NCBI GenBank assembly: GCA_040007135.1
Contig: JBDTVO010000001.1
Coordinates: forward strand, 1 to 37,963
Reading direction: 5' to 3'
DNA from: Devosia sp.
Lineage (GTDB): Bacteria; Pseudomonadota; Alphaproteobacteria; Rhizobiales; Devosiaceae
DNA length: 37,963 nt
Shown here: piece after piece, positions 9,110 to 18,059 of the stretch
How positions within the stretch are numbered: the first letter of the stretch is position 1
How the letters are laid out: every line of letters begins with the position of its first letter
Program-made: the position numbers and the translations under genes
Notes under the pieces: generated by a model
What the model saw: only the letters and a program-made list of their open reading frames with translations
What the model was told of the DNA's origin: nothing
The model's database searches: none

Positions 9110-10029
9110 TTGGGCTGCCTCGTCAGCCACTGGATGGGCAGCACGCAGACGATGACCAGCACCATGAGGACGACGGCCAGCGCCGAGGCGAGCCCGACCT
9201 GGCGGTGGGCGAAGGCGAGCCGGTAGATCTCGAGGCCGGGGACGGTGGTCTGGATACCGGGACCGCCGCCGGTGGCGATATAGACGATGTCAAAGCTGGC
9301 GAGCGCGGCGATGACGGTGACGGTGACGCAGACGCCGATCTCCTGGCGGAGGCCGGGCAGCGTGATCCAGCGGAATTCGCTCCAGGCGGAGGCACCGTCG
9401 AGCTTGGCCGCCTCGTAGAGGCTGGGGTCGATGCGGGCGATGCCGGTGACCAGCAGCATGGTGCACAGGCCAAGCAGCACCCACGCGCCGATGATGCCGA
9501 CGGCGGGCAGCGCGAAATCGAAATCGCCGAGCCAGCCGCGGGTGATGCCGCCGAGGCCGATGAGGTTGAGCGCCTGGTTGACGACGCCGTTGCTGGCAAA
9601 CATCCAGGTCCAGGCGATGCCGGCGGCGACCAGCGGGATGACCTGCGGGATGAACAGGATGGTGCGGGCGGTGGTGCCGAAGGCGCCGCTCAAATGATTG
9701 CGGATGGCCGAGGCGACGCCGAGGCCGATGAGGATGGGAATGAGGGTGAAGTAGATGGCGAGCTGGAAGGCATTGCCGAGGATTTGCAGGAAATCGCTCT
9801 CGCTCAGCACCACGAGGTAGTTGGAGAGGCCCTTGAACTGGGCCTTGCCGATGCCGTCCCAGCGGAGCAGCGAATAATAGACCGACATGCCGATGGGGAC
9901 GAGCACGAAGGCAGCGTAGAAGGCGAGCGCGGGGACGATGAAGGCCCACGCCACAACGACGCCGCGACCCCTCTGGGAGAGAAGGGGCCGCGACGCCGAT
10001 GGCAGGCTATGTGGCTCGGCGATCGTCAT
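9106..10029 (-). CDS. Carbohydrate ABC transporter permease (MalF-like)
   Basis: TM segments, FKGLSNY, and EAA loop LYEAAKLDGASAWSEFRWITLP. Confidence 0.93.
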   Translation of the reverse strand: MTIAEPHSLPSASRPLLSQRGRGVVVAWAFIVPALAFYAAFVLVPIGMSVYYSLLRWDGIGKAQFKGLSNYLVVLSESDFLQILGNAFQLAIYFTLIPILIGLGVASAIRNHLSGAFGTTARTILFIPQVIPLVAAGIAWTWMFASNGVVNQALNLIGLGGITRGWLGDFDFALPAVGIIGAWVLLGLCTMLLVTGIARIDPSLYEAAKLDGASAWSEFRWITLPGLRQEIGVCVTVTVIAALASFDIVYIATGGGPGIQTTVPGLEIYRLAFAHRQVGLASALAVVLMVLVIVCVLPIQWLTRQPK

Positions 10030-10056
10030 ATCGAAGACGCTGCCACAGTTTTCCGG

Positions 10057-11358
10057 CTAGCGCGAAAGTTCCTTGACGTATTCGGCCTGCACGCTCTTGA
10101 GCAGCCCGGCCGCGTCCTGGCGTCCACCGACCATCTTCTGCAGCTCCGGCGTCCACGCCTCGGCGTAGATGGCGCCGGTGGCGTTGGCGATGAAGTCCAT
10201 GGCGCCATTGTCCTTGGCGATGGTGGTGCCGGCGGCGAGAGTCTCTTCGGTGACCGAGCCCGCCGTCACCGCCGGCATGGCGAGGTCAACCGGACCGCCC
10301 GGGTTGGAGCCGCCGATGGCGACATCGATCTTGCGCGCCTCAGCATTGGTTCCGACCCAGTTGAGGAAGAAGGCGGCGCAATCGGCGTTCTTGGCGTTGG
10401 CGCCGATCCCATAGGTCAAGGGCGCCGACATAGCGGCGTGCTTGCCGCCGGCAATTGCGGGCGGCATCAGGAAGAACCCGACATTTCCAGCCATCACCTT
10501 GTCGAGGTTGCCCGACTCCCAGTCGCCGTTGAACAGGAACAAGCCGTCGCCATCGTGGAAGCGGCCATTGGCGGTCGCGTAGTCCACCGAGTTGATGTCG
10601 TCCTGGAAGTAGCCGGCCTTGATCCACTGCTCGAGATGCTGCGTGGCGGTCAGATTGGTCGGCGTGTCGATGTCGGCGCCCTTGCGCTGGAAGATCCAGT
10701 CATTGACGGCACCGGGATCGCCATACGACCCCATCAGGTTCTGCAGCGGAAAGGTCAGACCAACGACTGGCTTGTTCCAGATGATGATTGGCGGAATGCC
10801 GGCGGCCTTGGCCTTGGCCATCAGGTCTTCGAGCTCGGCGACGGTCTCGGGCGGCTTGGTCATGCCGATCTTGGCGGCGAGGGCCTTGTTGTAGAAAATA
10901 CCGGTCATCGAGTAGTTGAGGCCCATGGCGTAGAGCGAACCCTCGCCACGCGGGCTGCCGCCGTCGGCGACGCGGTTCTGCGCCAGCTGGGCAGGCGGGT
11001 ATTTGTCCCAGCCCAGATCGGTGGCGTCCTGATCGAGATTCTTCAGCAGTCCGTCCTTGACCAGGTCGCTGATCGAGGGGAGCCGGATGAGGTCGGGGGC
11101 GTTGTCGCCGGCCAGCACGCGCGGACTGTTTTCCATCAGCGTCGCGAACTGGTCTTCCTTGATGTTGAAGGTGACGTTCGGGAACTGCTTGGTGAACTCC
11201 TTTGAGAGCTCGGTGGGCAGCGGGAAGCCGGTCTCGAAATACGAGTTGAGCACCACCGGGCCGGTGCCGCAGCTTGGCGCCGCGTAGGCAGCGCCGGCGG
11301 TTGCCGACATAAGGGCGGCAGCCAACAGGGTCAGTTTTGCAGTGTTTGGCACGTTCAA
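10057..11358 (-). CDS. Carbohydrate ABC transporter substrate-binding protein (CUT1 type); start is TTG 11358 or GTG 11352
   Basis: GAGGAGG SD, signal peptide ending AYA, FTKQFPNV...APDLI, and GIFYNKALAAKIG..PPETVAEL. Confidence 0.9.
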   Translation of the reverse strand: MNVPNTAKLTLLAAALMSATAGAAYAAPSCGTGPVVLNSYFETGFPLPTELSKEFTKQFPNVTFNIKEDQFATLMENSPRVLAGDNAPDLIRLPSISDLVKDGLLKNLDQDATDLGWDKYPPAQLAQNRVADGGSPRGEGSLYAMGLNYSMTGIFYNKALAAKIGMTKPPETVAELEDLMAKAKAAGIPPIIIWNKPVVGLTFPLQNLMGSYGDPGAVNDWIFQRKGADIDTPTNLTATQHLEQWIKAGYFQDDINSVDYATANGRFHDGDGLFLFNGDWESGNLDKVMAGNVGFFLMPPAIAGGKHAAMSAPLTYGIGANAKNADCAAFFLNWVGTNAEARKIDVAIGGSNPGGPVDLAMPAVTAGSVTEETLAAGTTIAKDNGAMDFIANATGAIYAEAWTPELQKMVGGRQDAAGLLKSVQAEYVKELSR

Positions 11359-11406
11359 CTGTTCCTCCTCAGTTTGGACGTTGGTTTCGTCGTTTGGTAT
11401 TCGTCG

Positions 11407-11424
11407 TGCTAAATCCATTTAGCA
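11407..11424. promoter_or_regulatory. Putative LacI-family operator, copy 1
   Basis: TGCTAAAT-CC-ATTTAGCA: perfect 8-bp arms, identical to the arms at 13810-13827. Confidence 0.85.
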
Positions 11425-11445
11425 CCGCCCCGGGGTGATGGTCAA
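11417..11445 (-). promoter_or_regulatory. Putative internal sigma70 promoter for the ABC transporter genes
   Basis: The minus strand reads TTGACC-N17-CTAAAT, similar to the rhizobial CTTGAC...CTATAT consensus. The -10 overlaps the operator. Confidence 0.55.
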
Positions 11446-11501
11446 TTGCCCTCCCGGGTGTCGAGCCAGCGGCACATGCGAGGCCGCCGTGAAATCTTGT
11501 T

Positions 11502-12725
11502 CTAGCTATTGGCGACAGTCATGGCTCCCTGGTCGACGAGGCAGAGGCGCAGCGCGTCGATGATGCGCGTGGCGCGGAGATCGCCGCCGCCCTGCATGAA
11601 ATGGGTGATGAAGCCGAAGCCGATCCCGAGCCCCGGTTCGGCAAAGCCGCACTGGCCGCCGGCGCCGTCGTGGCCGAAACCGCGGCCCGTGACGAAGCGG
11701 CGGGTTTCGGAATCGAGCTGGAAGCCCATGCCCCAGCGCGACCAGGGGGGCGGGACGGGAAACACCGGCGGGCCCTCGCTCTCGACGACGGTGAGCCGCT
11801 CGACCGTGGCCGGCTGCAGCAGCCGCCTGCCGCCGGTGTCGGCGACCGTTGCCGACCAGATCTTGGCCAGGGCACGGGCCGACATGATGCCCCCTGCCCC
11901 CGGGATTTCGGCGGCCCACAGCCGCTGGTCGTTGAAGCCGCCGGCCGGCTCGGCGAGCGTTGGCGGCAGGGCGGTCCCAAGGGTCGCGGCGCGCTCGCTC
12001 CAGTCGACGGCGCCAGGCGGGCGCGAGGCCGCGGCGTCCGCCAGCTGACGGCGAAACGCCTCACTGGGCGTGAGGTGAGCGACGCGAGGCATCTCCTTGG
12101 CGGGCAGGCCGATCCAGGCATCGACTCCGAGCGGGCCGGTGATCGATTCGGCGAACAGTTGCCCGACCGTGCGGCCGGTGACACGGCGCAGCACCTCGCC
12201 GACCAGCCAGCCGTGGGTGATGGCGTGATAGGCGTAGGCTTCGCCCGGCGGCCAAAGCGGCTCTTGCTGCTCCAGCTTGCGAACCATGCCGGCCCAGTCG
12301 GTGATCTCAGCGGTGGTGATGTCGAGAGTTGGCGCCGAGAGGCCGGCGCGGTGGGCCAGCAGATGGCGGACCTGGGTTCCGGCTTTGCCGTTCGCCGCAT
12401 ACTCGGGCCAGTAGCGGCTCACCGGCGCGTCCGGATCGAGGCGGCCGGCCTCGATCAACTGGGCGGCGAGGATCGACACCAGCCCCTTGGTGCAGGAGAA
12501 GACGACGCCGATCGTGTCCTCCTGCCACGGACGTGAGTCGCGCGCGTCGGCCGTGCCTCCCCAGAGATCGGCAATCGGCTCGCCGCCGCGCCAGATGGAG
12601 AGCGCGGCACCGCTGCGCGGATCGTCGAAGGCGGCAGCGAAGGCTTCGGCGACGGGCGCGAAACCGGGCGCGACGTGGCCGTGGATCGTGGTGCCGATGC
12701 TGCGCGGGGCGCTCAAGGTGCTCAC
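11502..12725 (-). CDS. Serine hydrolase, beta-lactamase-related family VIII esterase (EstB-like)
   Basis: GTG at 12725 overlaps the upstream TGA. SxxK (FSCTKG), LLAHRAGL, PG...AYHA and FGHDGAGG motifs. No signal peptide. Confidence 0.9.
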   Translation of the reverse strand: MSTLSAPRSIGTTIHGHVAPGFAPVAEAFAAAFDDPRSGAALSIWRGGEPIADLWGGTADARDSRPWQEDTIGVVFSCTKGLVSILAAQLIEAGRLDPDAPVSRYWPEYAANGKAGTQVRHLLAHRAGLSAPTLDITTAEITDWAGMVRKLEQQEPLWPPGEAYAYHAITHGWLVGEVLRRVTGRTVGQLFAESITGPLGVDAWIGLPAKEMPRVAHLTPSEAFRRQLADAAASRPPGAVDWSERAATLGTALPPTLAEPAGGFNDQRLWAAEIPGAGGIMSARALAKIWSATVADTGGRRLLQPATVERLTVVESEGPPVFPVPPPWSRWGMGFQLDSETRRFVTGRGFGHDGAGGQCGFAEPGLGIGFGFITHFMQGGGDLRATRIIDALRLCLVDQGAMTVANS

Positions 12726-13690
12726 GGCACCACCGTCGCGGGTTCGAGGACAAGGAGATTGCCATCGGCGTCGAGGCCAAGCGGCATCGGATCGCTGATG
12801 GTGCCGGGGAAGCTGCCGTCGGCGGCGCGCATCGAAAAGGCCAGCAACACCCAGCGGCCTTCGGGATCCTTGACGGCCCGCCCGGCATACCAGGTCTCGG
12901 GCAGGAGCAGGCGGGCGGCGGCGATATCGAACGGGCCCACCGGCCCGGCCGCCGGCGCCCACCAGATGCCGCCGATGCCACCGGCGTTCGGCCCGGCAAG
13001 ACGCGGCGCGTCACAGCAGAAGAGCACAATGATACGGCCGCCGATCTCGATCACCTGCGTGACCTCGATATGCGCGAAGCCCGAGTGCGGTTGGCTCAGC
13101 GGCGGGCGCACCTGCCAGGTCTCCAGATCGGTCGACACGGCGTGGCCGACGACGCCGCGGTCGAACTCGTCGCCGGCGTTAGCGCGCGCCGTGACCAGCA
13201 TGTGCCAACCCTCGCCGTCCGGGTCGGCAAACACCCACGGATCGCGCCAGGCTTCCTCCGGCCACGCGGAGGTGCCGAGGGTCTCGTACCAGCGCGCATC
13301 GGCGCGGACGATCGGACCGGGTAGCTTGGTCCAGGTGAAGAGATCGGGCGAGGTGGCGACGCCTATGGTCTCGATGTTGGTGGCAGCATCGGGCGACAGA
13401 AAGTGCGCGCCGGTGTAGAACAGGCGCCAGAGCCCATCGGGGCCGCGAAGGACGCTGCCGGTCCAGGTGGCGGTGTCGTCGAAGGCCCCCGCCGGGCTGG
13501 GCGCGAGCGCCACCGCGTGCTCGGTCCAGTGCACGAGGTCGCGCGAACTGGCGTGGCCGATGCGGGCGTTGCGGTGACGGAGGTTGGCGTCGCCCAGCGC
13601 CTTGGGCGCGTGGAGGAAGAAGCAGTGGTAGAGACCGGCATCTTCGGCCAGCCAGAAATCCCAGACCCAGGCGTCGGCAAGCGCAAGCAC
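12722..13690 (-). CDS. Glycoside hydrolase clan GH-J (GH32-like) beta-fructofuranosidase, propeller domain only
   Basis: GTG at 13690 with GGAGGAG SD. Nucleophile WVWDFW, IGHASSRDLVHW, WTGS, WRDP and probable acid/base HIEV. Confidence 0.85.
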   Translation of the reverse strand: MLALADAWVWDFWLAEDAGLYHCFFLHAPKALGDANLRHRNARIGHASSRDLVHWTEHAVALAPSPAGAFDDTATWTGSVLRGPDGLWRLFYTGAHFLSPDAATNIETIGVATSPDLFTWTKLPGPIVRADARWYETLGTSAWPEEAWRDPWVFADPDGEGWHMLVTARANAGDEFDRGVVGHAVSTDLETWQVRPPLSQPHSGFAHIEVTQVIEIGGRIIVLFCCDAPRLAGPNAGGIGGIWWAPAAGPVGPFDIAAARLLLPETWYAGRAVKDPEGRWVLLAFSMRAADGSFPGTISDPMPLGLDADGNLLVLEPATVVP

Positions 13691-13808
13691 GATAGCTCCT
13701 CCGCCACGGGCCGGCCGCCTGTGGCGGGGTTCGTGGATCGCTGTTCTATCGGAGCCGACGCAGGGATGACCACCTGCCGCAACGTCTCCGTCGACAGCGT
13801 TGGCTCCT

Positions 13809-13838
13809 TTGCTAAATTGATTTAGCATAGATTGTCAA
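13809..13838 (-). promoter_or_regulatory. Putative sigma70 promoter of the GH32-like operon
   Basis: Perfect TTGACA on the minus strand at 13838-13833. A weak -10 (TAGCAA) lies 18 nt downstream, and the operator covers the spacer and -10. Confidence 0.55.
13810..13827. promoter_or_regulatory. Putative LacI-family operator, copy 2
   Basis: TGCTAAAT-TG-ATTTAGCA in the divergent region between the GH32-like gene and lacI. Confidence 0.85.
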
Positions 13839-13930
13839 TGCGGCCAGCGGCGCTACGCGATGGACGCAGCATACAATTTGTTGAGGCCGGAAGAGACAGT
13901 GTATGACAGGCGGGACGGTCGGGGCCGAGC

Positions 13931-14971
13931 ATGAACGCAAGAGCTGAAGCCAAGAAGCGCGCGACGCTTGCCGATGTTGCACGGCTGGCGGGACTGTCGC
14001 GCACCGCGGCCTCGATGATCCTCACCGGCAAACCCGATACGCGGCTGTCGGCGGAGGCGCATGCGCGGGTGATGGCGGCGGCCGACCAGCTTGGCTACCG
14101 GCCCAATATGGCGGCGCGCAGCCTGCGCACCGAGCGCACGCAGTCCTTCGCGTTTATCTCGGACGTGGTGGCGACGACCCGCTTTGCGATGGGGCTGATC
14201 CGCGGCGCGCTGGAGGCGGCGGAAAAGGCCCAGCACGTGATGCTGGTGCTCGAGACCGGTGGCGAGCCGGCGCGCGAGAGCGAGGCGATTGCGGCGGCGC
14301 TTGATCGACAGGTCGATGGCATCATCTTTGCGGCGATGCGGGCGCGCGAAGTGTTCGTGCCCGACATGCGGCTCGGCACACCGGTGGTGATGCTGAATGC
14401 CACCAACCCGCGCTTTCCGGTCTCGGTGCTGCCCGATGAGGCGGCGGGCGGCAAGGCGGCGGTCGAGCTGCTGTGGGCCGCAGGCATCCGCAGCGGCATC
14501 GGGCTGTTGGGCCAGAGCGACGTGGCGGAAGCGGGCCTCTTTCGATCAGAGACGGTGTCGCGGCGCGTCGCCGGCATCCGCTCGCAGATGCAGAAGCGGC
14601 GGTTGAGCTTTGTGGCCGAGGAGTCGTGCTGGAACTGGGAGCCGGACGAAGGCTACAAACTCGCCAAGCGCATGCTGAAACGCGGGCACGGGATCAGGGC
14701 ACTGCTGTGCATGAACGACCGGCTGGCGTTCGGCGCCTACCAGGCCGCGGCGGAACTGGGGATATCGGTGCCCGACGAGGTCGCCATCGTGTCGTTCGAC
14801 AATGACGAGATTGCCGCGTACCTGCGGCCCGGCCTCACCACCATCGCACTGCCGCACGAGGAGATGGGTCGGCGCTCGGTCAACCTGCTACTCGAGGGCG
14901 GCGCCAAAGGCGAGCATCTGGTGCCGATGCCGGTGATCGAGCGCGGCTCGGTGGGCAAGGTCAAGCGTTAG
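13931..14971 (+). CDS. LacI family transcriptional regulator
   Basis: TLADVARLAGLSRTAAS HTH, LGYRPNMAARSL hinge, CMNDRLAFG, SFDN and PGLTTIALP. Confidence 0.95.
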   Translation: MNARAEAKKRATLADVARLAGLSRTAASMILTGKPDTRLSAEAHARVMAAADQLGYRPNMAARSLRTERTQSFAFISDVVATTRFAMGLIRGALEAAEKAQHVMLVLETGGEPARESEAIAAALDRQVDGIIFAAMRAREVFVPDMRLGTPVVMLNATNPRFPVSVLPDEAAGGKAAVELLWAAGIRSGIGLLGQSDVAEAGLFRSETVSRRVAGIRSQMQKRRLSFVAEESCWNWEPDEGYKLAKRMLKRGHGIRALLCMNDRLAFGAYQAAAELGISVPDEVAIVSFDNDEIAAYLRPGLTTIALPHEEMGRRSVNLLLEGGAKGEHLVPMPVIERGSVGKVKR

Positions 14972-15774
14972 ACGCCAGCGGTGGCGGGGCCCATGACGCC
15001 CGCTTCGGCGGCCGAGAGCAGCGAGCGGAGCTCGGCACCGCCGGCCATCAGCTCGATGACTTCGCCGATCGGCTTGTCGGCCTTGTCGAAGCTGGCCGAC
15101 ATTTCGCCGCGGCGCATGACGACGAAATGATCGCCGACCGAATAGGCATGGTAGGCGTTGTGGGTGATGAACACCACGGCAACGCCGCGCTGGCGGACGG
15201 TGTGGATCAGCTTCAGCACGGTGGCGGATTCGCGGACGCCGAGCGCCGCCGTCGGTTCATCCAGAACCAGCACGCGGGCGCCGAAATGCAGCGCCCGGGC
15301 GATGGCCAGCGCCTGTCGTTCGCCGCCCGAGAGGGTGCCGACGAGTTGGCCCGCGTCGTGCACGCGGCTGATGCCGAGTTCGCGCAAGCCGGCGAGAGCA
15401 ATGCGGCCAGCTTCCTCGATATCGAGGCGGCGGAACGGGCCGCGCCCCTTGGTCGGCTCGGCGGCGAGGACGAAATTGCGGGCGACGCTCATCAGCGGCA
15501 GGGTGCCGATCTCCTGATAGACCGTGGCGATGCCGCGCTCGCGGGCGTGGCGCGGCGAGACGAGGTGGGAGACTTCGCCGTCGATCAGCACGTCGCCACT
15601 GGAAGGCCGTTCGACGCCGGTGAGAATCTTGATCACGGTGGATTTGCCGGCGCCGTTTTCACCGAGGAGGCAGAGCACCTGCCCGGCCTCGACGCTCAGC
15701 GAAAGATCGTTGACCGCCTGGACGCCCTGGAAGTGCTTGGAAATACCGCGCAGCTCCACGATCGGGGTGGCCAT
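14968..15774 (-). CDS. Sugar ABC transporter ATP-binding protein (single NBD)
   Basis: ATG at 15774. Walker A GENGAGKS, signature LSGGERQ, Walker B VLVLDEPT and H-loop FITHN. Confidence 0.94.
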   Translation of the reverse strand: MATPIVELRGISKHFQGVQAVNDLSLSVEAGQVLCLLGENGAGKSTVIKILTGVERPSSGDVLIDGEVSHLVSPRHARERGIATVYQEIGTLPLMSVARNFVLAAEPTKGRGPFRRLDIEEAGRIALAGLRELGISRVHDAGQLVGTLSGGERQALAIARALHFGARVLVLDEPTAALGVRESATVLKLIHTVRQRGVAVVFITHNAYHAYSVGDHFVVMRRGEMSASFDKADKPIGEVIELMAGGAELRSLLSAAEAGVMGPATAGV

Positions 15775-15776
15775 GT

Positions 15777-16835
15777 CTAGCGCCCCATCGCGAACTGGCG
15801 GAGCCGGGCATTGGCGAGCACGGCGAGGAGGAGCAGGAGGCCGATGAAGAGGTCGGTCAGCTCGGAGTTCCAGCCGAGAAAGAAGACGCCCATCGAGACG
15901 ATGCCGTAGGTCATGGCGCCGAACACGGTGCCGAGCAGCGAGCCGTAGCCGCCGGTCAACAGCAGGCCGCCGATGACGCAGGCAGCGATGCCGGAAAAGA
16001 CGTATTGGGCGCCGAGCGTCACGCTGGCGTTCTGGAAGGTGTAGGTTTCCATGACGCCGACAAAGGCGGCGCCGATCGAGGTACAGAGGAAGAGGATCAT
16101 CTTGACGCGATTGGTCGGAACGCCGGCGAGGCGCGCGGTATCGAGGCTGCCGCCAGTGGCGTAGATCCAGTTGCCGAAGGGCGTGCGCTGCATCACCCAG
16201 ATGGCGACGCCGGCGATGATGATCCAATGCACCAGCGCGATGTTGAATTCGTACCACTTGGCAGCGAAGACGAAGTTGGCCGAGCCGGTGGCGACAGCCG
16301 AGATGCTGCTCGAGCCGGTGATGCCGATCGAGATGCCGAGGGCGCCGCCGGTGACCATGAACATGGTCGACAGGGTGACGATGAAGGACGGCAGCTTGGT
16401 GCGGACGACGAGGAAGCCGTTGAGCAGGCCAACCGCTACGGCGGCGAGGAAGGCGAAGCCGACGCCGATCCACGGATCAAGGCCGAAATAGCCGGTGCAG
16501 ATGCCGACAATGATGGACGCTGCGCCGACCATCGAGCCGACGGAGAGATCGAACTCGCCGGCGATCATCAGCATGGCGATGGGGATGGCCATGATGCCGA
16601 GGTCGGCCGCCGTATCGAGCCAGTAGGCGGTGCCAAGCGGCGACAGAAATCCGCTCTTGCCGGCGAGCACGGCGAAGAACAGGAACACGGCCAGCGCCGA
16701 AAGAATGCCGCCCGTTTCCGGCCGCGTGATGAGGCCGGCGAAGACAGAACGACGGCGCGTGGCGCCATCGTCCGATTTGGTGTTGGCAGGGGCCTCGGAA
16801 GATGACCCAGCGGCCGCCGATTGCGTATTCGTCAT
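15777..16835 (-). CDS. Sugar ABC transporter permease (RbsC-like)
   Basis: GEFDLSVGS, LPSFIVTL, TPFGNWIYATGG and IAACVIGG..L.GGYG motifs. Confidence 0.93.
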   Translation of the reverse strand: MTNTQSAAAGSSSEAPANTKSDDGATRRRSVFAGLITRPETGGILSALAVFLFFAVLAGKSGFLSPLGTAYWLDTAADLGIMAIPIAMLMIAGEFDLSVGSMVGAASIIVGICTGYFGLDPWIGVGFAFLAAVAVGLLNGFLVVRTKLPSFIVTLSTMFMVTGGALGISIGITGSSSISAVATGSANFVFAAKWYEFNIALVHWIIIAGVAIWVMQRTPFGNWIYATGGSLDTARLAGVPTNRVKMILFLCTSIGAAFVGVMETYTFQNASVTLGAQYVFSGIAACVIGGLLLTGGYGSLLGTVFGAMTYGIVSMGVFFLGWNSELTDLFIGLLLLLAVLANARLRQFAMGR

Positions 16836-16869
16836 CCGCCAGATCCTCGATCCCAGGCCAAATCGAAGA

Positions 16870-17868
16870 TTACTTCGATCCGATCACGTTCGCATATTGC
16901 TCGAACACGCCCTTGATCTTGTGGATGTTCGCCGCGTCGACGACGCTTGGGCCGGTCGCCACTTCGCCCACCGGCGCGATGCCGTATTTGGCGTAGTGAT
17001 AGGCGAACAGCACGCCGTAGTAGCCGTCGAGATACGGCTGCTCGTTGATGAGGAACAGCATCTTGCCGCTCTCGATCTGCTCGAGCGCGACGGCCGACAC
17101 TTCCATGGTGCCAACCGCGACCTTGCCGGTGAGCTGCACGGTTTCGACGGCGGCGGTGGCGGCAACGCCGACCAGCGCGTTTTCGGTGAAGACGCCGTCG
17201 ATGGTCGGATGGCTCTGGAGGTAGGCGCCGATGTTGCGGGTGACCTTGTTGAGATCGGTCGAGTCAGCGGTCGGCAGTTCGAGGTTTTCCGAGGCGATGC
17301 CGAGTTCCTTGGCGCGGCCGCCGAGGGCTTCGCAGATCGACTGCAGGTACGGATTGCCCGGCACGTTGATGACGCAAAGGATGTTCTTGGCGCCGCCACC
17401 CTGCAGCCGCTCGGCTGCGATGATGCCGACGTCGAGCGGATCCTGGCCGACGAAGCCGAAGGCGCCGGTGCTCTTCCAGGTCGCCCGGCCGGACTGGTTC
17501 ACATAGACCGGAATGCCGGCGGCCACGGCTTGCTTGATGAGAGGATCGACGACGGTCGAAATGAAGCTGCCGACGACGATGGCGTCGGGATGCTGGGCGA
17601 TCGCGGCCTGCATGGTGCGGGCCGACGAGGCCTCGATGTCGTGCTCGTCGATCGGGATGTAGTTGAGATCGACGTTGAGGTCCTTCGCCGCATCGTTGGC
17701 GCCCTGGTAGAGCGGCGGGAAGAACGAATCGTAGAGTGGGCCCGAAACGAACGCGATCTTGATCTTCGCGTCCTGGGCCATGGCCGGGACGGTCGCAAGA
17801 CCGCCAAGGGCCGCCGCCAGCGCCAGCGCGCCAAGGGCCGTCGTCAATGAGCGTAGCGCTCTCGTCAT
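16870..17868 (-). CDS. Sugar ABC transporter substrate-binding protein (RbsB-like)
   Basis: ATG at 17868 with GAGGAGG SD, signal peptide ending AMA, FF..LYQGANDAAKDL and INEQPYLDGY. Confidence 0.92.
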   Translation of the reverse strand: MTRALRSLTTALGALALAAALGGLATVPAMAQDAKIKIAFVSGPLYDSFFPPLYQGANDAAKDLNVDLNYIPIDEHDIEASSARTMQAAIAQHPDAIVVGSFISTVVDPLIKQAVAAGIPVYVNQSGRATWKSTGAFGFVGQDPLDVGIIAAERLQGGGAKNILCVINVPGNPYLQSICEALGGRAKELGIASENLELPTADSTDLNKVTRNIGAYLQSHPTIDGVFTENALVGVAATAAVETVQLTGKVAVGTMEVSAVALEQIESGKMLFLINEQPYLDGYYGVLFAYHYAKYGIAPVGEVATGPSVVDAANIHKIKGVFEQYANVIGSK

Positions 17869-17953
17869 GTGAATTCCTCCTCTGTGGATACCCCGAATGC
17901 GGTGCATTGGCCCCGCATTCCTCCTCATGCTCGTCTGCCGTTTTCGGGCGTTG

Positions 17954-17964
17954 TTGTCCGACAA
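17954..17964. promoter_or_regulatory. Putative GntR/FadR-type operator, box 1
   Basis: Perfect palindrome TTGTC-C-GACAA in the divergent region next to a FadR-type gene. Confidence 0.7.
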
Positions 17965-17984
17965 GCTGGCCCGATGTAATCTTC

Positions 17985-17995
17985 TTCTCAGACAA
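17985..17995. promoter_or_regulatory. Putative GntR/FadR-type operator, box 2
   Basis: TTCTC-A-GACAA, one arm mismatch, 31 bp (about 3 helical turns) from box 1. Confidence 0.55.
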
Positions 17996-18059
17996 AGGTC
18001 AATCGCTGGACGAACCGTCAGGAAGCGACTAAATCAGCGACGGCAAGGCGGAGGAGACT

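Noticed and set aside
9205-11205. 666-aa + strand ORF
   Set aside because: Antisense to the ABC permease and SBP genes, with no recognisable domain.
11428-11458. CCCGGG...CCCGGG inverted repeat as a terminator
   Set aside because: The stem is weak, there is no U-tract, and it overlaps the predicted internal promoter.
11502-12725. Serine hydrolase as an antibiotic-resistance beta-lactamase
   Set aside because: It has no signal peptide, has family VIII esterase motifs and sits in a sugar catabolic operon.
14968-16473. 501-aa version of the ABC ATPase, and similar 5' extensions (1610-2965, 4628-5725, 11502-12962, 12722-13828)
   Set aside because: The extensions are Arg/Pro-rich, overlap neighbouring genes or operators, and better downstream starts exist.
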